This document shows, one piece after another, positions 29,400 through 38,739 of a stretch of DNA of 64,000 nt (positions are counted from its first letter, which is position 1; every line of letters starts with the position of its first letter). Position numbers and translations under genes: made by a program. The stretch covers positions 4,464,001 to 4,528,000 of the forward strand of contig OX337228.1 of assembly GCA_946965045.2 (NCBI GenBank). Direction: 5' to 3'. The notes under the pieces are model-generated. The model was not told the origin of the DNA and ran no database searches. It was given only the letters and a program-made list of their open reading frames with translations. The DNA is from Epithemia pelagica. Taxonomy: Eukaryota > Protista > Bacillariophyta.

Positions 29400-32300
29400 A
29401 TGAAGTACAAGACGTTGGAGCTCAACTTGGACGAAGACACTCATCCACGCCGATTCCTCGAGATCTCAAACCAGGTGTTTGTGTATGGGGGAGAGACTGG
29501 TGATTTGGTGCGACTTGATGAGAGCGGCAGCAAGTCGACGCTTGTGAGACAATGGGATGAGGATGCTTTACGGGCAGTCGCAGTGAGTCCTAGCCAACGC
29601 ATCGTTGTTGTGGGTCTGGACTGCGGAACGACGCAAGTTTACCACTATAAGGACGTTGAAATCAACGATCGTATCCACCCCTTCGTTGATATTCCCGATG
29701 CTTCAGCAAGCACAAGCCAAAGTCTTTTGTCTCAGTCCGACACTTTGACATCTCCACGCCCAGGAGATGACATGCGTGTAGGGCCATCTTTCGACACTCC
29801 AGTCCGCCATATCGTCTTTCTTGATGATCAGTACGTGGCCATAGCCTCCGAATCTACGACGGTCGTTTGGGATGTGACCGATGGGAATGCTGCACTATAC
29901 TTTTTGGAGGACAAAATTCGAAGTGCACATGATGGTGTCGGCTGCCGCGCCTTGGAACGAATTTCGAATAAACCACGGGTCTTCGGTGCCCTTGGACTCG
30001 ATGGACGAATGTCCTATTGGGACTGCAGCGCAGAAGATCAGTCAAGATGGGCCTTGCTTCATCGGGAATCAATGTTATGTGTCCCTAGAAAGGATCCAGG
30101 TGAAATTCACGGTGCTGAGGCATGGGTTCGAGCGTGTCGCCCAGTTGCTGGACCCATCACATCATCAACTCCATCCACACGGGTGGCTCTACCAGGAGAT
30201 ATATTTTGGAAATGGCGCCAGTTGACCTCTACAGATTCGAAAATGAAAATTGAAGAGCACGAGAGCGATGTCGTTCCTGATAGTCACTCCAACATGATCT
30301 TGGTTGCTGTTCCTTGTGGCGAGAAACCAATGGATCAGTACTGGTGTTCGATTGGCCGTGACGGACGTGTTATCCTCTGGGAACTTGTAAGTCGCTTCTG
30401 CAGATTCACATGCTAAGTAGCCTACGATTCAATCTCACAAGGACACGTTCTTGCCACAGGATGATAGTTCCGAGCCACAAATGAAAATGCTCCAGTGCTT
30501 AGCTGACAGCCTAAACCCAGTTCCGACTGATGTTTGCTTTTGTAATGACACGCTCTACGTCAGCACAGCCGACGCGAAAGTCATGGCCTGGAACAATTTT
30601 CGGGCGTCGTTCAATCTCGTTGACAAAGCAGCGACTTCGTCCCCAGCCAAAGTGTCGAAGAAGCCCACTGACGCACCACAGAGTGACCAGCTTGAAGAGA
30701 CAGACGACGATGGTCGTCCTCGAAAACTGTTGAAACCCTCAAGATCTGCAGATGATGACGAAGAGATTGATTTCACAGAAGCCACGAAACCGGCACCTCC
30801 TCTTGAATTTGTGGACGAAGAAGCATCCGATGATGCGGATCCAATCGCTGGGGACATGGATGACAACTCCGTCCAAGTGGGCAATGACGATGGCAGTACT
30901 GTTGCGAATTCTGAAGATTTAGGTGCCTCGCGTCCTCGCGTATCACTTCCAACGGTACATATTCCCGATCCTCAGCCTCCCTTTGCGCCATCAGCCACAC
31001 CTTTGGATCTTTCAAGGCGCTTTCTTTGCTGGAACTACATGGGTACGATAACCACCATGCAGTTGGATGGACGAAACTCGGTCAGTATCCAATTTCACGA
31101 TGCGGGGTTTCGCGTTAAGTCCAATGTCAATTTCACCGATACGATGGGCTTTATCCTCGGCTCTCTGGGAAAGGAGGGTGGTTTGTTTGCCACGGATCTT
31201 CCTGAAGATGATGAAGAAGATGATGATGAATTGCGTGGTGTCGTCGATGGCTTACAGATTTCTGAACAAACAAAGGTTGCCTTGAAAAAGAGCACCAAAG
31301 GAAACAAAGCTGTCGGCTCAACGATTTACTTTCACCGATTTGAAACGTTTTCGTCGGTACGAGACAAAGGTAAGTGCTAGAGAAGTTTCAACGTCTGTGG
31401 AGATACACTGACTCATTGTTTGTGTTTTACAATATTCAATAAAACAGACTGGTACCTAACGCTTGAAGGTGGAGAAAGAGTCTTAGGATGTGCATGTGGC
31501 GATGCCTGGTCAGCCGTCGTGACTAGTCGACGGTTCTTGCGTGTCATTACTTCTGGAGGCAACCAAGATAGAATCCTTTGGCTGAACGGTGACCCAGTTA
31601 CCATCGTTGGTCGTGAAAGGCTGTTGGCCGTAGTCTACCATGACCAACAGCCACTGTTGGATGGTACCCAGAAACTCGGTTACATACTTTACGATGCCAT
31701 CACGAATCGAGCACTTGGAAAAGGGACCATGTCGTGTATTAGTCCAAGATCAAGTCTGGAATGGATTGGGTTTAGTGCGGAGCTTTCTCTGGTGGCGATG
31801 GACACTAAAGGTATGCTGTCAATGCTGATAGCTCCCGAAGCAGGTGCCGGGTGGGAATGGATACCAGTCCTCGATACGAATGAGCTTCGAAGGTCTGAAG
31901 CTGATCGCTTGTGGCCCATCTCGGTGATGGATGGCAAGCTTAACTGTGTACCTCTCAAAGGTGGCACGAAATACCCGAATGCGGCCCGAAGACCTGTAAC
32001 TGCCAATATTGCACTAAGAATGCCCTTTGTGCCCGGATCCGTTCCGCAAACAAGAATTCTTGAAGAGCTTTCCGTGCGAGCTATTGTGGCTCTTCAACAA
32101 AAACGGGTTGTGCATGATTTGCTAGCTTGTGGCGATGATAACGACGAGCGTTTTGATCATGACTTCGAAAGGCTTTCCGCCCAAGTTGATAAAATCACTT
32201 TGAAAATGTTTTCTGAAACTGTGAAAGCAGAGAAACTGGAAAAAGCCCTTGATCTAGTTGAAAGATTACATGTGGAGAAGTCGTTTGATCTTGCTATCAT

Positions 32301-32499
32301 CTTCGCAGGCAACAATGGAAAGCTAGTTCGTCTGATTGAAGGAATCAAATGCCGGCGATTTGGAGGCCCTCCGTCTGCGGAGTTCGATCTCCCACATGAC
32401 ATGACTTATGAAGAACAGGATGCTGCTATTGCTCCGGGCAAGATCTCACCTGAACCAGCCTTGGTCTCCAACCGCAAACGCCAGTTTGGGAGTTCGTAG
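29400..32499 (+). CDS. CTF4: Ctf4/AND-1/Mcl1 replisome hub (N-terminal WD40 plus SepB domain); 3 exons
   Basis: N-terminal WD repeats, an acidic linker, QPPFAPSATP...RRFLCWNYMGTI, WSAVVTSRRFLRV..SGGNQ, WIGFSAE, WPISVMDGKLNCVPLKGG. Introns 30387-30459 and 31370-31447 join the three ORFs in frame. Start codon uncertain. Confidence 0.88.
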
Positions 32500-32512
32500 T
32501 GAAAGGCAACGG

Positions 32513-32791
32513 TGTTGGATCACTAGATTGGCCCTGATGGTCTCCTCTGTGCACAGAAGTAAGGTAATCGTGGAAGTAAAGCAAAAGGGTTTCGAAACTG
32601 AGTGATTTAGAATGAGTGAGCATTACGACTAGGATTGAGAGAATGTTGTTATGCCAGATGAGATCGAGATGGTCCAAGACCTAGATGAGCTATAACCGCC
32701 TCCCATGCGGTTTGCATCCCAATGTCTCGTTGTGCGACTGACTTGATTCGGGACCACGACATGAAGAGCGACTCAATTGAAGATTCCAACA
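32513..32791 (-). repeat. 3' LTR of the copia element
   Basis: 279 bp; matches 38461-38739 except two adjacent bases (GA at 32573-32574 versus TG at 38521-38522). Confidence 0.97.
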
Positions 32792-32800
32792 CCCTGCCTA
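32792..32800 (-). other. Short polypurine tract (TAGGCAGGG) abutting the 3' LTR
   Basis: The minus strand reads ...AATTAGGCAGGG immediately before the LTR start TGTTGGAATC. Confidence 0.65.
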
Positions 32801-32870
32801 ATTGTGTCGCTCGAATGTCCATAGAAACCAAATTCTTCAGTGTCCTTGATGTCATAAATTTTGAAAGATC

Positions 32871-32902
32871 GTCTTGTGTGCCTGGTGTCTTGTGTGCCTG
32901 GT
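32871..32902 (+). repeat. 16-bp tandem repeat (GTCTTGTGTGCCTGGT x2) in the 3' UTR of the retrotransposon
   Basis: Read directly from the sequence. Confidence 0.85.
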
Positions 32903-33106
32903 GTGAGTGTATATGGAACGATGAAAGTGATGCCCTGCCTGATTCGGATGTTCGTGATGATGTGTAAGTGATAAATGTTGATGTGATTTGGATACGATTT
33001 GCTGATTTTGATTTCTGACTGATGATAGTGTTGTTTGCTTGAATTTTGATGCGTGTTCAACAATGGGCGTTTCACTGTGGTGTACTGGATTTCTGTTGGG
33101 GCTGAG

Positions 33107-36100
33107 TCACTTGGATGATCGTGTGTGAAGAAAGCATTTAAGCCAAAATGGAAGAGGACCTTGGTAAACAAGCATGGCGGTTTCGGATCCATGATGCGGT
33201 TCAACGTGAGCGCCTTGATTGTTGGTGGTCGGAGTGACAGGATCGTCGTCGGCATTACAAGCAGGATCAAGATTGGAGCAATAGACAGAGACATGCTTGC
33301 GGAAATCTGGACCAGACAGGTTCTTGGTGAACAGATCAGCAGAATTGTCAGGTGAGTGCAGCCAAACGGTATGAATAATGCCTTCCTCCTTCATCTCACG
33401 AAGAAAATGCCATTTCACATCGATGTGTCGAGTGCGGCCACCAACGCTCCACGAGTGTGTCAGAGCAATGGCACCCTTGCAATCCATCTGCAAGATCATT
33501 GGTTTTTGCACGGTCAGTCCCATCTGTTCGAGGACTCGCATGCCAAAAAGCATGCGTTGGCCTGTTTCCACAGCAGCGACAATTTTGGCTTCGCTAACGG
33601 AAAGAGTTACACAATCTTGCATCCGACTGGACTCGGAAATTGGCGCGTCTTGGAGAAAAACAGAAATACCTGAGACACTGTGACGCTTGTCGGGGTCTTT
33701 GGCAAAGTCGGAATCACTACGGCCTCGAATAACAAACTCAAATCCTTCCTTGGTACCGTCCCAACAACCAACCGGGCGCAGAATCTTACTGCACGATGGA
33801 GTATCCATGCAGTAGCGCATCACCCGATACATTGCTTTGAGATGATGCTGAGTGCCTTGCTTCATGAATTTGGAGAGTTCGCGGACAGAGTTCAAAATGT
33901 CGGGACGAGACCATTTCATGAGATGCAACAATTTACCGACGCCGCTCCGATACAGGGACTGCTGTGTTGCGTTCAATTCATCCGAGCCATCATCCTTCTT
34001 GAGAACTTCGCCAGGAGCTGCAGGTGTGGCATACTTCTGCGTTGTGGAAGGCACATCGAACTCGTCGAAAAAGCTCTGCAGTAAGACGGGCTGCGAGAAC
34101 TTACACGTGCGCTGTTCGCGGTCGATATCAACCTTACAACCGATATACTCGGTCAATTCACCACAATCGTCGCAGTCGAAGTGCTCCTTCATAGCTTCTT
34201 TGGAGTGAAGGACTCCTGCTTCGGACCCACAGACCAAGAAATCATCCACCCACGAGAGCCAAATGACGAGGCCGAATGCAGTCCATGCGAAGTAGAGACA
34301 TGGATCAGCACGGTTGCGCAAGAACTGGATAAGCTTCATAACTTCTTGGACCTTATTCCAAAAGGCACGAGCGGCTTGCTTTGTGCCATAAAGAGTCTTG
34401 CCAAGGAAGATCAACCAACCAGGAGGATATTTGGACTCCATTCCTTTCGGAATGGTCATCCACATCTTCCGATCCTTTTCGAAGTCGCCGAGCAGAAATG
34501 CTCCCTTGACGTCCATCACATGGACTACCCAATTCGCTAATATGATCAAGACGAAAATGATCATAATGGTCATTTCGGAGGCCACTGGAGCAAACGTGGC
34601 ATGACTGTCATAGTGCTCCCCATCGACCTGTTCATACCCTCGGGCATTTAATCGCGCGCGAAACGCTCCACTTGCTTTCTTTTTCATGGCCCACACGTTG
34701 CTAAGAATCTTGGCATCAGCTGGGACTTCGACAGGATCACAGGGGATGAAGACACCATTGTCGATCATCCGTTGATATTCCTTTTCAATGGACTCAAGCC
34801 ACTGATCACGCTCGGGTCCATTGATGGCTTCCTCGTATGTCAAAACATGGAGCTCTCGGGTGTTTTGAATTCCTCCGCCCAAGCCTGCACCGACGAGTGC
34901 ACATTCTCGGGCAAACGGTGATGAATTAGGGCTCATGCCAGATGCTTCACAATCAACAGGGAATTCAGGAGCTTGGTATTCGGAGTCAATAGGCACTTGC
35001 TGATATGCATTACTGATGTCAGTGACAAGGTCGGCGTGAAGAAAGGCTGCACTGATGTCGGAGTGATGGTCAAGGCTTGACTCCTCTTGGATCTCTTCGT
35101 AGTCACTCGAGTCATCGTCATTGGAGTCACAGTTGTCGCGTGAGTCATCGGATTCAGGTTGCTCACTGAAGTCGGAGTCTTCGTGGCCCAGTTCGGCCAT
35201 GGAGGAATAGTAGTTAATCTCCGACTGTGTAAGGGATAATTCATTGTAGTTGATCCCAGCACATTGATACTCTTCAATTAGACGTCGTGGTGGACGAATG
35301 TGACGACCTGTTCGCGTGACTTGATGTTGTCGAGGTGTAGCAGAAGTGATTGCGCTCACATTTTCATCGGCGTCTGTCGCTTGATCAATGGTTTCGACCA
35401 TGGAAGTGTCCGCGACATTTTGGTTGGGAGAATCGTCTTCAAGCTCTTCAATAAAGGGCTTAGATCGATTTGACGCGTCGTCTTCCCCTTCGAGGTGCAA
35501 CTCCGAATCACAGTTGGAATTAGGTGGTAGTATGGGAGTAATCATCAAGTGGGGTGGATCTTCCGGTGGGAGAAAATACATCCGTCGCAACCAGATTACA
35601 TCGCGAGTCACATGAAGTTTCTTGGTATGGGGGTTGAACATTCGGTAAACATCCCCGGCATGATCACGACAGTATCCGACGAAGATACAATGGGTCCCTT
35701 TGTCTTCCAGCTTCTGAGTAGTATCCGTAGCAGTCTTGACAGTTCCGGCTTCTCCCCACGTGCGTAGATGATGCGCAAATCGGGGCAATTGCCCACTCCA
35801 GTGCTCGTATCGTGTTTTAGAGACTCCATCCAGTTCGATTACTACAAGTCCATCTAATAATGTGGCAGTGTCGAAGGCAGTTGTCCACAATAGGCTGCGA
35901 TATTCCATAGGTACATTTGCTCGATGCATCATGGCTCGACCTCTCATAGCAATGGTAGAAATTGCAACTTCCGCAAGCGAGTTCTGTTGCGGGGTATTAC
36001 GCGCAGTGAATTCGAAGTTAAGGTTCAGTTTCCAGTCGGCAGACTGACTACGCGACTGAAGAAGAATATTTTCGCCGGCATTATCGAGACGCACATGAGT

Positions 36101-38239
36101 CGCCCCAAGTCCATTAGATTCCCATCGATGAAGAAATTCACAAGTCGGTTCGACCATTGCTTTCTTAGACTCGTAGAATGCTGAGAATTTTAGTTGAGTC
36201 TTGCCATGAACAATCATTCGCCATTGATTCTTGCGTGGTGTTGGATGCGATTTGGTGGGACGGACAGAACTCATGTCGAGGTATATGCGATTGATGTTTG
36301 GATCTTCTGGTTCGGAACTTGCATGAGTGTCAGAGCGAGGAAGATTCTTACGACGAGCTTTGCCAGCAGCACAAGCAGCACATTTCTCCATCTCTCCAGA
36401 TTGCAACTGAAAGCCAAGATGTTCCACTATTGGTTTGATCTTGCGGATGTCAATGTGGCCAAGTTTGTCATGGGCGTCCTGGAGTGACATGGTTTGTCGT
36501 TTCTTGGGACCGATGTCAGGTAACGCTCCGAAAATTTCATGACCGGTAAGTTCTTGTTTGCGCTTGAAATACAAACAGAAAATCATTCCGTCAGGTGTCG
36601 GTATGACAATGTCGAACGTCACACTCATACTTCCCTTGGTGATTGTGATTGCTTCAGACGAACCACTCAAGGACCATCCCTGTTTAAGCATCTTGGAGAT
36701 GCTAAACAGGTTGAAAGCAGCAGATGGTAAGATATTGACACCGGACAATTGACCAGACCGCAATTCGCATCCGTATTTGTTGCAGCACATGCCTGGTAAG
36801 TCACCGATTACCGTTGCACTCTCTGTGGTATCATTGGCCATAACAAGACTGACAGGATCTTCTGGTCGTCGGAGATTGATGAGTCCACGAGTATGAGAAG
36901 TCATGTGCTGTGTAGCACCAGTATCCGCGATCCAGATGTTGGGATCACGAAGGAGTTGTAAGTCATGTGGAAATTCGATGCCGCTCATGAGCATCTCAAC
37001 ACGGGTTTCTGATGATGGGGTCGACTGTCCATTGGGAGTGGTTGGTGTTGTCGGACGTGTTGTGGTGTTTGACGCAACAACAGTAGCGATGTCTTGAGCT
37101 GGTGTACTGGTTGGAGGACTTGGAGAAGGTGCCTGTTGAGGGCGATTGCGACGACTTGTCCAATTGGGTGGGCGAAATTGCGCATTTGCTGGATTCTCCC
37201 AGCAACGCTGCGTTGAGTGGCCGTACACTTTACAATCCTCACAGTATGGGCGTGGACGATCGCCTTGTTGATATGGCTGTCGCCATTGACCTTGTTGTTG
37301 TCCGTTGTATGGGCGATATCCTTGTTGTTGCTGGTGTTGATGCTGTCCTGGTCCAACGGCCAATGCAGTACCGGCTCCTTGTTGTGATGCTTGGGATCGA
37401 AGAGGGCATTGATAGTACCCATGTCCTGGTTCTTGGCAGAAATTGCACACAACAAATGGCTGTGGAGGAACGCTATTGGGATCGCCGACTGCTTGACAGA
37501 CGGGATTTGTTTGTGTGACTTGAAGTGACAATCCACCACTGGCGGACTGATCTAGACTTGATTCAGTGCCATCCTCGCCATCATCATCTTCGTCGTGATG
37601 CAGATTCCATTGGGTCATCATCGCGTCTATGAGGTCATCTGGAGTGAGGGCACTTCCCTTTGCTCGTTGTTCTGTTGCAACAATGGTGCTGTAGATCGGT
37701 GCGGCTTTCTCAATCACGATAGCCACCAGATCGTCGTCAGCCAATTCATGGTTATGGCGATTCTCAATCTGCGATATCTTCTTGCGAAGAATCTTGGGGT
37801 TCATCGTATTGGTCATGGAGATCTTGTTCACGTCTTGTCGGATTCGCATTTTGGCGGCAATGTTTTCGCTTTTGTAGTTTCGGAACAATCCCTTCACGAT
37901 GATGTGAGCACGACCACCTGGCCAGTCAGATGTGATGGATTTCATCACGAGTTTCAAATCGTCATCGGCTTGGAGTGCCATGCTAAGGCAAGCAACAGCC
38001 ATGGCGTTTCGATTCAGTGCTTTCTTGGAGGCTTTTCCGCTGTCTGTCGACTCGTCAATTGGTTCGTGTTCGGTGCTTGGGAGTTCCTTCTCTGGTGTAT
38101 CGGACAAAGCTCCGATGAAGTTGTGGACACGAGCATGAGAACGGAAGCGCATCCACCAAATGGGGTAATCGGCCTTCTTTCCCGAAAAGGTTGGTACCTT
38201 GATCGCAGTTGAGGTCTTGTCGCTACTTGAAAGATCCAT
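33107..38239 (-). CDS. Gag-Pol polyprotein of the copia element (1710 aa)
   Basis: Gag PTFSGKKADYPIWWMRF; two CCHC knuckles; protease WIADTGATQHMT; HDKLGH...CAAC; integrase IYLDM / RLDNAGEN / PQQNSLAE; RT HVMDVKGAFL, LYGTKQA, WVDDFLV; RNase H SDSDFA, MDCKGA, ADLFTK. Confidence 0.98.
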   Translation of the reverse strand: MDLSSSDKTSTAIKVPTFSGKKADYPIWWMRFRSHARVHNFIGALSDTPEKELPSTEHEPIDESTDSGKASKKALNRNAMAVACLSMALQADDDLKLVMKSITSDWPGGRAHIIVKGLFRNYKSENIAAKMRIRQDVNKISMTNTMNPKILRKKISQIENRHNHELADDDLVAIVIEKAAPIYSTIVATEQRAKGSALTPDDLIDAMMTQWNLHHDEDDDGEDGTESSLDQSASGGLSLQVTQTNPVCQAVGDPNSVPPQPFVVCNFCQEPGHGYYQCPLRSQASQQGAGTALAVGPGQHQHQQQQGYRPYNGQQQGQWRQPYQQGDRPRPYCEDCKVYGHSTQRCWENPANAQFRPPNWTSRRNRPQQAPSPSPPTSTPAQDIATVVASNTTTRPTTPTTPNGQSTPSSETRVEMLMSGIEFPHDLQLLRDPNIWIADTGATQHMTSHTRGLINLRRPEDPVSLVMANDTTESATVIGDLPGMCCNKYGCELRSGQLSGVNILPSAAFNLFSISKMLKQGWSLSGSSEAITITKGSMSVTFDIVIPTPDGMIFCLYFKRKQELTGHEIFGALPDIGPKKRQTMSLQDAHDKLGHIDIRKIKPIVEHLGFQLQSGEMEKCAACAAGKARRKNLPRSDTHASSEPEDPNINRIYLDMSSVRPTKSHPTPRKNQWRMIVHGKTQLKFSAFYESKKAMVEPTCEFLHRWESNGLGATHVRLDNAGENILLQSRSQSADWKLNLNFEFTARNTPQQNSLAEVAISTIAMRGRAMMHRANVPMEYRSLLWTTAFDTATLLDGLVVIELDGVSKTRYEHWSGQLPRFAHHLRTWGEAGTVKTATDTTQKLEDKGTHCIFVGYCRDHAGDVYRMFNPHTKKLHVTRDVIWLRRMYFLPPEDPPHLMITPILPPNSNCDSELHLEGEDDASNRSKPFIEELEDDSPNQNVADTSMVETIDQATDADENVSAITSATPRQHQVTRTGRHIRPPRRLIEEYQCAGINYNELSLTQSEINYYSSMAELGHEDSDFSEQPESDDSRDNCDSNDDDSSDYEEIQEESSLDHHSDISAAFLHADLVTDISNAYQQVPIDSEYQAPEFPVDCEASGMSPNSSPFARECALVGAGLGGGIQNTRELHVLTYEEAINGPERDQWLESIEKEYQRMIDNGVFIPCDPVEVPADAKILSNVWAMKKKASGAFRARLNARGYEQVDGEHYDSHATFAPVASEMTIMIIFVLIILANWVVHVMDVKGAFLLGDFEKDRKMWMTIPKGMESKYPPGWLIFLGKTLYGTKQAARAFWNKVQEVMKLIQFLRNRADPCLYFAWTAFGLVIWLSWVDDFLVCGSEAGVLHSKEAMKEHFDCDDCGELTEYIGCKVDIDREQRTCKFSQPVLLQSFFDEFDVPSTTQKYATPAAPGEVLKKDDGSDELNATQQSLYRSGVGKLLHLMKWSRPDILNSVRELSKFMKQGTQHHLKAMYRVMRYCMDTPSCSKILRPVGCWDGTKEGFEFVIRGRSDSDFAKDPDKRHSVSGISVFLQDAPISESSRMQDCVTLSVSEAKIVAAVETGQRMLFGMRVLEQMGLTVQKPMILQMDCKGAIALTHSWSVGGRTRHIDVKWHFLREMKEEGIIHTVWLHSPDNSADLFTKNLSGPDFRKHVSVYCSNLDPACNADDDPVTPTTNNQGAHVEPHHGSETAMLVYQGPLPFWLKCFLHTRSSK

Positions 38240-38460
38240 TTTGATATGATTGATATGAGATAGATATGATGTCAGTCAAACAATCGACAAAGCAACAACA
38301 CACGATCAGAGAGCTCAAACCTTGGTGGTTCTGATAGACTCCTGTCCCGATTTTCGATTCAGCAATTCAACAGCGTCAGATTTCTTGATCCCGTGCTCAC
38401 GAGTTTCGCTCTTTCGATCGATAAGGGGACCAATGAAGCAATCACCGATACTAGCTAGTA

Positions 38461-38739
38461 TGTTGGATCACTAGATTGGCCCTGATGGTCTCCTCTGTGC
38501 ACAGAAGTAAGGTAATCGTGTGAGTAAAGCAAAAGGGTTTCGAAACTGAGTGATTTAGAATGAGTGAGCATTACGACTAGGATTGAGAGAATGTTGTTAT
38601 GCCAGATGAGATCGAGATGGTCCAAGACCTAGATGAGCTATAACCGCCTCCCATGCGGTTTGCATCCCAATGTCTCGTTGTGCGACTGACTTGATTCGGG
38701 ACCACGACATGAAGAGCGACTCAATTGAAGATTCCAACA
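38461..38739 (-). repeat. 5' LTR of the copia element
   Basis: 279 bp, TG...CA termini, followed on the + strand by the TSD AACGG. Confidence 0.97.

Larger units (their letters stand above)
32513..38739 (-). mobile_element. Full-length Ty1/copia (CoDi-type) LTR retrotransposon, 6227 bp
   Basis: Two 279-bp LTRs with TGTTGGA...TCCAACA termini, a 5-bp TSD AACGG on both sides (32508-32512 and 38740-38744), and a single gag-PR-IN-RT-RH ORF in copia order. Confidence 0.98.

Noticed and set aside
28841-29440. 199-aa minus-strand ORF and a small hairpin near 29170-29200 in the COPD/CTF4 spacer
   Set aside because: No recognisable domain, and the composition is not coding-like; the hairpin does not match RNase P/MRP, SRP or U3 consensus boxes.
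38326-38340. TGGTTCTGATAG, loosely similar to a tRNA-Met PBS complement
   Set aside because: About 120 bp from the LTR edge and mismatched; a PBS must abut the LTR.
32513-38739. Two identical long direct repeats considered as a CRISPR-like array or segmental duplication
   Set aside because: Fully explained as LTRs with a TSD and an internal gag-pol.
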